Part shown: positions 54,831-64,000 of the stretch, piece by piece
Numbering within the stretch: the first letter of the stretch is position 1
Layout: the number at the start of each line of letters is the position of its first letter
Source: Chthoniobacterales bacterium
GTDB lineage: Bacteria; Verrucomicrobiota; Verrucomicrobiia; Chthoniobacterales; JBKEAD01
DNA length: 64,000 nucleotides
Assembly: GCA_047971915.1 (NCBI GenBank)
Contig: JBKEAD010000240.1
Span: 1,133-65,132 of the forward strand
Direction: 5' to 3'
The notes under the pieces: generated by a model
What the model was told of the DNA's origin: nothing
The model's database searches: none
Seen by the model: only the letters and a program-made list of their open reading frames with translations
Translations under genes and position numbers: made by a program

Positions 54831-55448
54831 ATGTTTACTGGCCTAATCGAGGCGCAAGGTCTCGTCAAAAAACTCCAACCCTCTGGCAAACAAGCCCGTT
54901 TATACCTCGCGCCACACGCCATCACTCGGGAAATGCAACTCGGCGACAGCCTCGCAATCAACGGCTGCTGCCTAACCATCACAGAAAAAAACCAACAACA
55001 CCTCCGCTTCGATTGCCTAAGCGAGACTTTAGAAAAAACCAACCTCGGCCAACTTAGCGAGGGCGATACCGTAAATCTCGAACGCTCTCTCGCCGCTGGC
55101 TCTCGACTCGGGGGTCACTTCGTGCAAGGTCACGTCGATTGCACAGGCCAACTTGTAAAATCCGAAAAACTCGGCGATGATCTAAAACTCGAAATTCAAT
55201 TTCCCATTGAATTTTCAAAATTCATCGCAAGCAAAGGCAGCATCGCTATCGACGGTATCAGCCTGACCGTAGCCGCCGTCACTCAAGATACCTTCACGGT
55301 CTGGATTATCCCGCATACCCAAAAAGTAACGACTCTCGGCCAAATTCTTTCCCCCACCGGAAAACCAAAAAAACTCAATCTCGAATTCGATATCCTCGCC
55401 AAATATGTCGCCAGACAACAAGAAGACTCAGAAAATAAATTCGATTAA
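54831..55448 (+). CDS. ribE: Riboflavin synthase (alpha chain)
   Basis: It has MFTGLIEAQG... and GDSLAINGCCLTI, with the duplicated lumazine-binding repeat (SIAIDGISLTV). Confidence 0.9.
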   Translation: MFTGLIEAQGLVKKLQPSGKQARLYLAPHAITREMQLGDSLAINGCCLTITEKNQQHLRFDCLSETLEKTNLGQLSEGDTVNLERSLAAGSRLGGHFVQGHVDCTGQLVKSEKLGDDLKLEIQFPIEFSKFIASKGSIAIDGISLTVAAVTQDTFTVWIIPHTQKVTTLGQILSPTGKPKKLNLEFDILAKYVARQQEDSENKFD

Positions 55449-55512
55449 CGAAATTTATATCTTTATTTAAATTGAACAAACTTCTACACTTGTTGTCTCT
55501 CCCCAAAGCATT

Positions 55513-55962
55513 ATGTTATCCTATAGTAAACTTGCCCAGACAGGGATTGCTGCCGTTAGCTATCTCGCCGAAATTTCGCCGGAAAATCGTCTTGCCGGAA
55601 GCGCGGAGATTGCTGAGAAGCGTCATTTATCACGCACCCTAGTCGCAAAAATCCTGACCAAGCTTTCCGCGGCAAATATTGTCTGGGGCAAGTCTGGTCC
55701 CACGGGCGGCTATCGGCTGGCGCGTCTCCCCTCGGAAATCACTCTTCTCGACGTCATCAAAGTTTTCGAAAATCCGGACAATAAAGTCATGTGCCCCTTT
55801 GGTCCAAACTGGTGTGGAATCGGCCCGATTTGTCCTGCACACGACACCCTTTTCGCGCTCCACGAAGCAACTCTCGAAAGCCTTCAACGCGAGACCTACG
55901 ACAAATTCATAGGCCACTCAAGAGGTGACCTCGAATCCTGCAAAGCAGCTAAAAAGAAATGA
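55513..55962 (+). CDS. Rrf2-family transcriptional regulator
   Basis: 149 aa with a wHTH region (AEKRHLSRTLVAKILTKLSAANIV...GPTGGYRLAR) and a C-terminal Cys cluster (C..C.....C). Confidence 0.85.
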   Translation: MLSYSKLAQTGIAAVSYLAEISPENRLAGSAEIAEKRHLSRTLVAKILTKLSAANIVWGKSGPTGGYRLARLPSEITLLDVIKVFENPDNKVMCPFGPNWCGIGPICPAHDTLFALHEATLESLQRETYDKFIGHSRGDLESCKAAKKK

Positions 55963-56023
55963 CCTAACCCCTCGTTTTGAAAATTTCCGTTTCATAGTTT
56001 TCTAATACTCCTAGACTCGGAAC

Positions 56024-57346
56024 GTGACGTTTTTTTCCAATCTCTTCTCAAAAACCATACGGATTCTCCCTTTGCTCTGCGTTCTTATCATCGCGCAAAG
56101 CACACATGCGTGGAGCCAAAATGACGAAAGCTTGGATCCCGTCGAGGATCCCGCTTACAAAAACATCCGCCTCTTTGCTAATATCCTCCAACTCATCCAG
56201 CAAGAATACCACGATGAAAATAAGGTGGCCTATCAAGCTCTTATCGAAAGTGCTCTGCGAGGAATGTTGGCCGAGCTCGACCCCCACAGCCAATTTCTCG
56301 ATGAAGAGGGATTTCAGGTCATGCAAGAAGAAACCCAGAGCGAGTTTGGTGGTTTAGGAATCCAAATCACCATTCGCAATGGCACGCTCACCATCGTTTC
56401 TCCGATGGAGGGCAGCCCAAGCTTCAAAGCTGGTCTAATGCCCAACGACGAAATTTTAAAAATCGATGGCATTGCCACAGACTCTCTCACCGAGGCTGAA
56501 GCTATCGAAGCACTTCGCGGCAAAATCGGGGAGCCAATCATTCTCACCATTCGTCACCCCGAAACCAAAGAAATAAAAGACTACACCATCACCCGCGATA
56601 TCGTAAAAGTCCCAAGCGTGCGCGGTGCCGAAATCATTGATCCCGAGTTGACCGATGGCTTCAAAATCGGCTACATCCGCATCACCCAATTCAGCGAACC
56701 AACGGCAAAAGAATTTTCAAAAGCATTGGATGAACTTGAAAAAAATGGTGCCCAAGCACTGATACTCGACCTCCGTTTCAATCCCGGTGGCCTCCTGACA
56801 AGTGCGGTCGATATCTGCGGCGAATTTTTGCCGCCCGACACACAAGTCGTCTGGACATCAGGACGCCACCCCAGCCAGCCGATTACCACTCCCCACAACA
56901 GCAAAAATCGAAAACTCCCACTCGCTATTTTGATAAATTCCTCAAGTGCCAGTGGTTCCGAAATCGTTGCCGGCGCATTAAAAGACCTCCATCGCGCCCT
57001 CCTGATCGGAGAAACTACTTTTGGAAAAGGCTCCGTGCAAAGCGTTATCTCCGTCGATGAAGATTCCAAAATTGCCATCCGCCTCACCACAGCCACTTAC
57101 CTGACTCCAAGCAAAAAACCTATTCACGGAGTCGGCATCTCGCCCCACATCAAGATCCCGACAACCCCGCACGAAGAAAATCAAATTTTAAATGCACGCC
57201 GCACCGCCGCACGTCCCAAAGCTTTCCAAAAAGATTCTATAAAAGTATTGGGCCAATCTGCTCGCAGTATCTCACCCAAGGATCGTCCCCTAGACCGCGC
57301 CATCGACGCGCTGCGCGGTTTACTGATTGACCGCGAAAAAGACTAG
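56024..57346 (+). CDS. S41-family C-terminal processing peptidase with PDZ domain
   Basis: 440 aa with a signal peptide, a PDZ domain (GSPSFKAGLMPNDEILKIDG) and the catalytic region (INSSSASGSEIVAGAL...GETTFGKGSVQ). Confidence 0.85.
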   Translation: MTFFSNLFSKTIRILPLLCVLIIAQSTHAWSQNDESLDPVEDPAYKNIRLFANILQLIQQEYHDENKVAYQALIESALRGMLAELDPHSQFLDEEGFQVMQEETQSEFGGLGIQITIRNGTLTIVSPMEGSPSFKAGLMPNDEILKIDGIATDSLTEAEAIEALRGKIGEPIILTIRHPETKEIKDYTITRDIVKVPSVRGAEIIDPELTDGFKIGYIRITQFSEPTAKEFSKALDELEKNGAQALILDLRFNPGGLLTSAVDICGEFLPPDTQVVWTSGRHPSQPITTPHNSKNRKLPLAILINSSSASGSEIVAGALKDLHRALLIGETTFGKGSVQSVISVDEDSKIAIRLTTATYLTPSKKPIHGVGISPHIKIPTTPHEENQILNARRTAARPKAFQKDSIKVLGQSARSISPKDRPLDRAIDALRGLLIDREKD

Positions 57347-58677
57347 CAGCCAGTCGGACTTATAATGGGGCGATAGGCTCGCCCGACGAGAAACTTACGA
57401 GCCTCTTTGATTGCTTGTGCTGAGACTTCCTCTCCCCGTGCACGCAGTGCTGCTGCGATTCCTGCCGCTTCGCCCGTTACCAAGCACGTTCCGATCACAC
57501 GCACGGCAGCTTGCGCTTCGTGAACTGCCGAGACACAACGCCCCGCCATAAAAAGTGCCTCCCTATTCTCCGATTGCAATATCCGCAAAGGCAAATCGCA
57601 ACCGCCGGATACTTTAGGATATTGTAAATGCACGGCGTTTGCCTTTTCACGCAATTCGATCGGCCAAGTCGCACGCCCAATCCCATCTTCAAAACGCCTA
57701 GCAACGTCCAAATCCTCCGCAGTCAATTGATACCTCCCCCGCACGCGCCGACTCTCTCGCACGCCCAAGCAGTCGGGGAGAGTCGAGAGATAACACGATG
57801 AAAACCCCTCCAGTTTTTTCTGCAAGTATTCAATCAGATCGTGTGCAAAAATCTGTCCCTGCGACTTCAAAAAAGAGCGTTGCGACGCATCGAGTGGATC
57901 ATAAACCTCTTCGGCAGACATTTTTTTTCCAAAGTTCATTTTAGAAAAATCTGCTTCTAAATTTACGGTAAAAAAAATGTCACCCTCACGATGAGCCGCA
58001 CGAGCCGTGACTCCGTAGGCCGCTGTCGGCAGGTCGCCCATCTTTACCGCTTCACCCAAAGCCTTTGCCAACCGCAAACGCCCCGTCGTATTTACAACTT
58101 CGGCAGCGACGCCACCAACCGAAAAAATAAAGGCCGGACGCTGCAAACGCCTCGGCTCCGCCCTTTCACAAACCGCACCGCACAGCGATGCCAAAACCGC
58201 ATCGCCACTGGCATCAACATAAGATCTGGCCGTTATTTTTTGAACCTGACCCTTTGAAACAAATTCCAAGCTCGAAAGATCCGGCGCGGCACCACAGATT
58301 TCCGAATTCAACATACAGAGCAGATTTTTTTCACAAGCCTTTACAAGATGAGCCGCCGTTTCTGCAAAGCTCACCGGGTCGTGAAATAAAACGTTCACCC
58401 GCCCAAGTCGGACCGGTCGCTCCGCTCCGCCCGACGCAATCAACTGCTCGGCAAAAAATTTTGAAAACCCATCATTGGCATAGACAGGCGACGCATCTTT
58501 TGAAGGCTCCACAACATCATAAAGCCCACAAATCGAGTGAACCAAAGCCAGCGAAGCCATTCCGCCCAGACGCTTGCCGCACTCTATAATACAGGTTTTG
58601 GCACCCAGAGCCGCGGCGGAAACAGCCGCAGCAACTCCCGCACTCCCACCCCCGGCAACCAAAACATCATATTTCAT
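57343..58677 (-). CDS. FAD-dependent oxidoreductase (FAD_oxidored/GIDA-like)
   Basis: 444 aa with the dinucleotide-binding N-terminus MKYDVLVAGGGSAGVAAAVSAA. Confidence 0.7.
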   Translation of the reverse strand: MKYDVLVAGGGSAGVAAAVSAAALGAKTCIIECGKRLGGMASLALVHSICGLYDVVEPSKDASPVYANDGFSKFFAEQLIASGGAERPVRLGRVNVLFHDPVSFAETAAHLVKACEKNLLCMLNSEICGAAPDLSSLEFVSKGQVQKITARSYVDASGDAVLASLCGAVCERAEPRRLQRPAFIFSVGGVAAEVVNTTGRLRLAKALGEAVKMGDLPTAAYGVTARAAHREGDIFFTVNLEADFSKMNFGKKMSAEEVYDPLDASQRSFLKSQGQIFAHDLIEYLQKKLEGFSSCYLSTLPDCLGVRESRRVRGRYQLTAEDLDVARRFEDGIGRATWPIELREKANAVHLQYPKVSGGCDLPLRILQSENREALFMAGRCVSAVHEAQAAVRVIGTCLVTGEAAGIAAALRARGEEVSAQAIKEARKFLVGRAYRPIISPTGC

Positions 58678-58838
58678 AAAGCTGTCGGAGTTTACTAAAA
58701 AAATTCACGGACGGGCCAAGAAAATCCTTAAAAAGTATTTCCTCAAAAAAATTTAAATCCGGCATGAAAAAAAACATCAAACCGCTTGCAAAGTTTTTAC
58801 CCCCGTGCAATTGTCTATCCCTCTTTCCAAGGGACTTC

Positions 58839-58911
<73 letters not shown>

Positions 58912-58955
58912 CTCCTTGAAAATCAAGGGTCTGCCTAATAGCTCACGACAGGCTG

Positions 58956-60026
58956 CTAGCGTAGATCTTCGGGAATTTTGGATTGTAGTTTTTTGATGTC
59001 TTGGGCGACATTTCGGTGGCAGACCAAAATAGCGTCTTCAGTTTCTACGACGATGAGATCACTGACCCCGCAGAGTGCAATGAGGCGTTTATTGGAAATG
59101 GCAATGTTGTTATGAGAATCCAAGACGGCGGTCTGGCCACGGAGGGTATTGCTTTGGCCGTCTTGCGGGAGGTGGGTTGGTAGAGCCGTCCAAGTGCCCA
59201 CGTCGTCCCAGTCGAAGTCGGCAAGCACGCAGCGAACTTCCCGGGCGCGTTCCATAACGGCGTAGTCCACCGAGAGTTTTTCTAATGTTGGGAACCTTTC
59301 TGCGATGTAGGCTTCCGGATTTTCTTTTGGAAATTCATCGATGAAATTGGCTAAGTCAGGGGCGGACTCGCGGCAAGCTTTCATGAAGACGGAGCTACGC
59401 CAGAGAAACATTCCTGCATTCCAGACGTATTCGCCGCTAGCGAGATAATCGTCGGCGGTGTCGGCATCGGGTTTTTCGACGAAGGAGCGGACTTTGTAAG
59501 CGCGGCTGCCGTTTGTGAGGAGCTGCTCTTTGTCTTCAAGGTGCAAGTAACCGAAACCGGTGGAGGCAAAGTTGGGCTTTATTCCGAGAGTGATGAGCGA
59601 GGAGCTTTCGCGGGCAAGCTCGATGGCGTCGAGAAGATTTTTTTTAAGGGCGGCAATGTCGTGAATGGTTGCGTCTGCGGGAAGCAAGATGCAAATGCTG
59701 TCGTGGCTTGTTCCGCGTGTGCGTGCGAGTGCCGTCGCGAGCGCGGCAGCGGGTCCGGTGTCGCGTTTGGCAGGCTCGGTCAAGATGCGCTCGGGGGGGA
59801 AGTTTTCTAAAGCTTCGCAGCAGGCTTTGTGTTGGGTCGCATTGGTGAGGACGTAAATATTTTCTTCCGGACAAATGCCTTCGAGTCGCGAAGCTGTTTC
59901 CGCGAGAAGCGAGCGGTCCGTGAGCAGGCGGAGCAAATGCTTGGGACGTTTGATGCGACTCATGGGCCAAAAACGCTCGCCGGAGCCACCGGCCATTATA
60001 AATACAAAAACATCGTTTGGCATCAT
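58956..60026 (-). CDS. manC: Mannose-1-phosphate guanylyltransferase (nucleotidyltransferase domain only)
   Basis: 356 aa with FIMAGGSGERFWPMSR, typical of GDP-mannose pyrophosphorylases. Confidence 0.8.
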   Translation of the reverse strand: MMPNDVFVFIMAGGSGERFWPMSRIKRPKHLLRLLTDRSLLAETASRLEGICPEENIYVLTNATQHKACCEALENFPPERILTEPAKRDTGPAAALATALARTRGTSHDSICILLPADATIHDIAALKKNLLDAIELARESSSLITLGIKPNFASTGFGYLHLEDKEQLLTNGSRAYKVRSFVEKPDADTADDYLASGEYVWNAGMFLWRSSVFMKACRESAPDLANFIDEFPKENPEAYIAERFPTLEKLSVDYAVMERAREVRCVLADFDWDDVGTWTALPTHLPQDGQSNTLRGQTAVLDSHNNIAISNKRLIALCGVSDLIVVETEDAILVCHRNVAQDIKKLQSKIPEDLR

Positions 60027-60222
60027 CGGGATGTTTTAAGCAATTTTTAGGGTTGATGAAAACTCTCTGAAAATAAATTTTTCAAAAAACCGCAAATTAC
60101 CGTGCATTTGAACGCCTTTTGCGCTTTTAATACCAAAAGGAGAAATTTAAAAAAAATCTGTTTTTCCGGTGATTTAAATCGAAATTACATTTAAGAAAAT
60201 TCATTCAACTCTCAAAATTTTT

Positions 60223-61257
60223 ATGGCTACAAAATCCGACTCCAATGCAGAAGAAAAACTAGCCGCACAGCGCGGCAAAAATCTCGAACTTGCGATTCAG
60301 CAAATTGCAAAAGACTACGGAGATGGTGCCATCATGCGTTTGGGAGATGATTCCGCCATGAATGTAGATGTCATTCCGACGGGGAATTTGCTCATTGATC
60401 GTGCGCTGGGGGTGGGGGGATTTCCGCGAGGACGCATCGTCGAAGTTTACGGGCCGGAATCTTCGGGAAAGACGACCTTGACCCTGACTGCGATTGCTCA
60501 AGCGCAAAAACGTGGTGGGCTGGCCGCTTTTATCGACGTCGAGCACGCCTTGGATCCAGCCTATGCGCGTAAGCTGGGGGTGAAGTTAGACGATCTTTTA
60601 GTTTCTCAACCGAGTTCCGGCGAGGAGGCACTTCGAATTTGTGAGACCCTTGTGCGCTCGAATGCTTTGGACGTGATCGTCCTCGATTCCGTAGCGGCTC
60701 TAGTGACTAAAACGGAGCTTGATGGGGAGATTGGTGACGCTGTTGTCGGAGCGCAGGCACGCCTGATGAGCGCGGCCCTTCGCAAGTTGACGGCACTTAT
60801 TTCCAAGGCGGATACGGTCGTCATTTTCACAAATCAAATTCGCGAAAAAATCGGCGTCATGTTTGGCAATCCCGAAACGACCCCGGGCGGCAAGGCACTG
60901 AAATTTTACTCCAGCGTGCGCATAGATATCCGCCGCACGGGAGCGATCAAAACAAGCGATGGCACAGTGACGGGCAACCGCACAAAAATCAAATTGGTAA
61001 AAAACAAAGTGGCGCCGCCCTTTACCATCGCCGAGTTCGACATTATGTATAACGAGGGGATTTCGAATGTTGGCTCGCTGCTTGATTTAGCCTTGGAAAA
61101 AAATATCATCGAGAAGCGTGGCTCGTGGCTCAGCTACAAAGGAAGCCAGCTTGCGCAGGGCCGCGATGCGGCTAAAGAAGCTCTACGCTCCGATGAGGCA
61201 CTCTACGAAGAAATCGAAACGGCGGTAAAAGAGGCACTCGATGCTGATAAAACATAA
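60223..61257 (+). CDS. recA: Recombinase RecA
   Basis: 344 aa with [27 protein letters not shown] and the L1/L2 regions ([35 protein letters not shown]). Confidence 0.95.
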   Translation: MATKSDSNAEEKLAAQRGKNLELAIQQIAKDYGDGAIMRLGDDSAMNVDVIPTGNLLIDRALGVGGFPRGRIVEVYGPESSGKTTLTLTAIAQAQKRGGLAAFIDVEHALDPAYARKLGVKLDDLLVSQPSSGEEALRICETLVRSNALDVIVLDSVAALVTKTELDGEIGDAVVGAQARLMSAALRKLTALISKADTVVIFTNQIREKIGVMFGNPETTPGGKALKFYSSVRIDIRRTGAIKTSDGTVTGNRTKIKLVKNKVAPPFTIAEFDIMYNEGISNVGSLLDLALEKNIIEKRGSWLSYKGSQLAQGRDAAKEALRSDEALYEEIETAVKEALDADKT

Positions 61258-61273
61258 CCAGCCAAAGCTTCTT

Positions 61274-61304
61274 GGTAGGGTCGTTTTGAGAAAGTGCCCC
61301 TACC
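61274..61304 (+). repeat. Hairpin element, copy B (GGTAGGGTCGTTTT-gag-AAAGTGCCCCTACC)
   Basis: A 14-bp stem with one mismatch and two G.U pairs lies 17 nt after the recA stop. Its first 24 nt are 21/24 identical to copy A at 32551. Confidence 0.45.
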
Positions 61305-61339
61305 GGGCCGCCGCCTTTATCCAAAAAGAACGCATAAAC

Positions 61340-62494
61340 CTACTCCACTCGTTGTAACTCTTCCCACTGGACGGTGGAGCCAATATTGGGATCAAAGTTG
61401 GGGTTGTCTGAGTGGATGTAATTTCCCCAACCGTCGGACCAATGCTGGTCGGCGTAGCCGTGCTGGGAGGTGCCTGTGACGGTGGAGGTATCGTGAAAAG
61501 TTTCGCGGTCGTGAATGCTGTCGATGTATTTTTCATGTGAGGACATGCCGCCGGAAGAGCTGCCGGAGTCTGCATGGATGCTGTCGATAAAGCTTTTGTG
61601 AGCCGTGGTGTCCATTGCGGCTCGGTGGCGTGCCATGATGTTTGAACGAAAGGCTTCGTTGCGAGCGGCAAGGGCGCGGCTTTGCGCCATGATCGCTTCG
61701 CGTGCGCGGCGGTTATCTATGAGTCCTTGCTGAAATTTGGCTTCGAGCTGTTGTTTAATGTTTTGGAGGAGGCTTACCCACGCAGGATTGGGGGTAAAGG
61801 AGCGGACCATGTAGGTAAACATACTGCGGTTTTCGTCCATCTTGCCAAGGGGAGTTATAAAACCATGCACGTAGGAAAGTCCCCAAGTGGTTTGAGTGGT
61901 AACCCCCGCTTCGCCTCGCATGGTAGCGGAACTAATGAGGTAAAGCGCATAAATTTCTTCGACCATTTTGTTTCCATCCAACTCGAATTCCGCACGAAGT
62001 CCAACGCCCCTGATGTTTGGACCTCTCTGCCCGAGAGCTTCAGCAAGTCCGGGGAGTTCGCGAACTCCGGTAATGGTCAAACCCGGAATATCGGATTGAT
62101 AGATTTTGGTAACAGCCTCGACCAAGGCGGTCTTTGGTTCCATCGGGGAAATATTTAACATCCCCATATTCATTTGCCCCGGGCGATTTAGGGCGGCGTC
62201 TCCGGTGAGCCAGTAACAAGTGAGTTCGGGGAAAAATTGAAGACGTTTTGTCTGTGTCGGATCGGTGAGGGCGGAGCTGATAACACAGGGGACAACATTG
62301 TTGTTGAGATTCCACTGCACGATCGTATCGAGCTTCCATCCGGATGGACCTCGCAAAGCGAAAACGGGCATTCCGGCTTGCTCATCTATCCCGTAGTAAA
62401 CCTGCATGTGTGCATCCACGGGGGTTTGCGCACTGGTAAATGAGACGGCAAAAAGGAAAGGGGAAACTAAGGCGAGGCGAAATTTCGCATTCAT
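61340..62494 (-). CDS. Secreted hypothetical protein
   Basis: 384 aa with a signal peptide (LFAVSFTSAQT). The C-terminal His-rich region has an internal repeat (HKSFIDSIHADS / HEKYIDSIHDRE). No family recognised. Confidence 0.4.
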   Translation of the reverse strand: MNAKFRLALVSPFLFAVSFTSAQTPVDAHMQVYYGIDEQAGMPVFALRGPSGWKLDTIVQWNLNNNVVPCVISSALTDPTQTKRLQFFPELTCYWLTGDAALNRPGQMNMGMLNISPMEPKTALVEAVTKIYQSDIPGLTITGVRELPGLAEALGQRGPNIRGVGLRAEFELDGNKMVEEIYALYLISSATMRGEAGVTTQTTWGLSYVHGFITPLGKMDENRSMFTYMVRSFTPNPAWVSLLQNIKQQLEAKFQQGLIDNRRAREAIMAQSRALAARNEAFRSNIMARHRAAMDTTAHKSFIDSIHADSGSSSGGMSSHEKYIDSIHDRETFHDTSTVTGTSQHGYADQHWSDGWGNYIHSDNPNFDPNIGSTVQWEELQRVE

Positions 62495-62570
62495 CTTGGG
62501 GCTTATCTAAGCCCATCTTTAGATGGCTTGTCAATGGTGCGTGCAGCATGGGGCACGCTGGAAGGCCTTT

Positions 62571-63704
62571 TTAGACCGTCTTTGGCTGGGAGCCGTTTCT
62601 TATCGAATCGGTTCCTTGGCAGCCGACCGCCACGGACATACGAGCATCCATCGGGCTTGCGCCAACGATTTTCTCCCCACGAATCAGGTTGACAAAATCT
62701 GCGATGACAAGCGGATCTGCTCCACCATGAGTTCCTTTTATACTAGGTATCTGAAAGACTTCGTGGCCTAGGAGGTTGTATCCTGTTCGGCGGTTCCACA
62801 GTTGGATGCTGGCCCATTTGTCTTCGGATGAATGGTCGCCGTAGTTTTCGATGCGGCCTTCGGTGCCGATGATCGTATAGTTTCTCGCATCGTCAGGCGT
62901 GTAGTGGCATTGCATGTAGGAGGCTTGAACGCCATTTTCCATTTGCATCATGAGCATACTATGATCCTCGACATCGATCTTGGGGCTGAGCTTTGTTTGC
63001 GAAAGTGGTGGCCAGTTTGAACGATTAAATTCGACGGAAGTTTCCTCACCTTCTGCGCGACGATCTTTAACTTCGTTGTAAACACTCAGCTTGCCCATTC
63101 CGGTCACAAGGCGGGTGTAACTGCCGGCAAGGTAGTGAATGATGTCGATGTCGTGAGCCCCTTTTTGCAAGAGAAGACCCGTTGCGAAGCGTCGTTCGGA
63201 GTGCCAGTCTTTGTAGTAGGCATCGCCGCCGTAGCTGATGAAATGTCGGCACCAAATTGCTTCGACACGTCCGATACGCCCTTCTTCTATGAGGGAGCGC
63301 ATTTTCTGAATCACCGGGAAAAAACGCATATTGTGACCGACGTAGAGTTTACCGCCGCTTTTTTCGTTGGCTTCGAGAATGCGGTCGCAGTCCTCGATGG
63401 TGATCGCCATGGGTTTTTCCAAATAAACAAATTTACCTGCTTCGAGGCAGGGGATGGTATGCTCTGCATGCAGATGGTCTGGGGAGCAGACGAAAACGGC
63501 ATCGATATTTGGGTTGTTCACGATTTCTTTATAATCAGCAGTTAGCTGAGTATCCGGTCCGCATTTTTCGATATAACTTTTGAGGTTGTCGGTTGTTTTG
63601 CCGCAGGCTGCTACGAGATGGAGTCCTTTGTCAGGCTGATGCGCTAGGAGTGAGATTTTTCCGCGACGGTGAGCACCGATGACAGCAAAATTGATTTTTT
63701 TCAT
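62571..63704 (-). CDS. Gfo/Idh/MocA-family NAD(P)-dependent oxidoreductase
   Basis: 377 aa with an N-terminal Rossmann fold (KINFAVIGAHRRG) and the EKPMA motif. Confidence 0.85.
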   Translation of the reverse strand: MKKINFAVIGAHRRGKISLLAHQPDKGLHLVAACGKTTDNLKSYIEKCGPDTQLTADYKEIVNNPNIDAVFVCSPDHLHAEHTIPCLEAGKFVYLEKPMAITIEDCDRILEANEKSGGKLYVGHNMRFFPVIQKMRSLIEEGRIGRVEAIWCRHFISYGGDAYYKDWHSERRFATGLLLQKGAHDIDIIHYLAGSYTRLVTGMGKLSVYNEVKDRRAEGEETSVEFNRSNWPPLSQTKLSPKIDVEDHSMLMMQMENGVQASYMQCHYTPDDARNYTIIGTEGRIENYGDHSSEDKWASIQLWNRRTGYNLLGHEVFQIPSIKGTHGGADPLVIADFVNLIRGEKIVGASPMDARMSVAVGCQGTDSIRNGSQPKTV

Positions 63705-63755
63705 AAGGATTGGTTGTCGGAATTTTAATTTTTTGACGAATAACTCAAGAAAAAA

Positions 63756-64000
63756 TTAATCTTCGGATATCGAAGCCCGAAGTTGAGCAAAAAAATCGTC
63801 CGCATCATCGTCGTTCACCGGCGTATTATTAATCTCGGTTTGTGAGGTTTGCTCGATTCCCTCGCCGAGTATTTCTTTAAGAAAGGAACTTTGCAGGCAG
63901 AAGGTCTTTGTGCCAAAGCGCATTCGGGATTGGCAATGGGTGATCGTGAGGCTTTTCATCGCTCGGGTGATGCCGACATAGAACAATCTGCGTTCCTCAT
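63756..64000 (-). CDS. UvrD-like helicase, C-terminal end only (gene continues right of the window)
   Basis: The frame is open to position 64000 and reads EERRLFYVGITRAMKSLTITH (helicase motif VI), followed by an acidic tail. The 'M' start in the ORF track is an artefact (a TTG inside the gene). Confidence 0.75.
   Translation of the reverse strand, partial: EERRLFYVGITRAMKSLTITHCQSRMRFGTKTFCLQSSFLKEILGEGIEQTSQTEINNTPVNDDDADDFFAQLRASISED

Noticed and set aside
60027-60222. An SOS/LexA box upstream of recA, also checked upstream of uvrD at 39311-39424.
   Set aside because: I could find no CTGT-N8-ACAG-like or TGTTC-N4-GAACA-like palindrome by eye. The absence is noted but nothing is claimed from it.

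Overview
This 64-kb chromosomal segment looks like a PVC-superphylum, Verrucomicrobia-like genome. That placement is inference only, from a PEP-CTERM protein, a prepilin-type H-X9-DG protein, a DUF4912 protein and frequent 4-nt gene overlaps. I call about 60 protein genes, one tRNA-Phe, three gene relics, no rRNA, no CRISPR array and no intact IS or prophage. Layout: (1) Positions 1-4.9 kb are the edge of a defence island. They hold the 5' half of a cas3 gene running out of the window, a co-oriented vapBC module, a ~95-nt relic of a second cas3 HD domain, a Tat-signal HIRAN protein, a DUF4912 protein and a XerC-like recombinase. (2) 5-23 kb is envelope and central metabolism: split pqiA plus a six-MCE protein, waaA, gdh, an SDR/CoA-transferase/thiolase operon, lptBFG, and a lipid-kinase / Tam41-like / flippase operon. 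(3) 23-32 kb is an accessory cluster of unknown function: an H-X9-DG protein, a metallophosphoesterase, a GntR-LacI hybrid regulator, a DegT-like aminotransferase, two amidohydrolase-fold proteins and a beta-propeller protein. Its promoter regions share a 16-nt GATACCAG-N3-ATACC motif. (4) 32-64 kb is mostly housekeeping: amidase-murI, cysS-hisI, uvrD, pta, a PEP-CTERM protein, a ResB-like protein plus P-type ATPase, mrpABCDEFG, ribE, Rrf2, ctp, tRNA-Phe, manC, recA and others. The best leads for something undescribed are the motif-linked 23-32 kb cluster, the lipid-kinase/Tam41-like/flippase operon, the cas3-vapBC-relic-HIRAN edge, and a 26-bp-stem hairpin inside a 667-bp gene-free region. 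All family calls rest on motifs I recognised by eye in the supplied translations, and all identity counts were done by hand. No database search was run.
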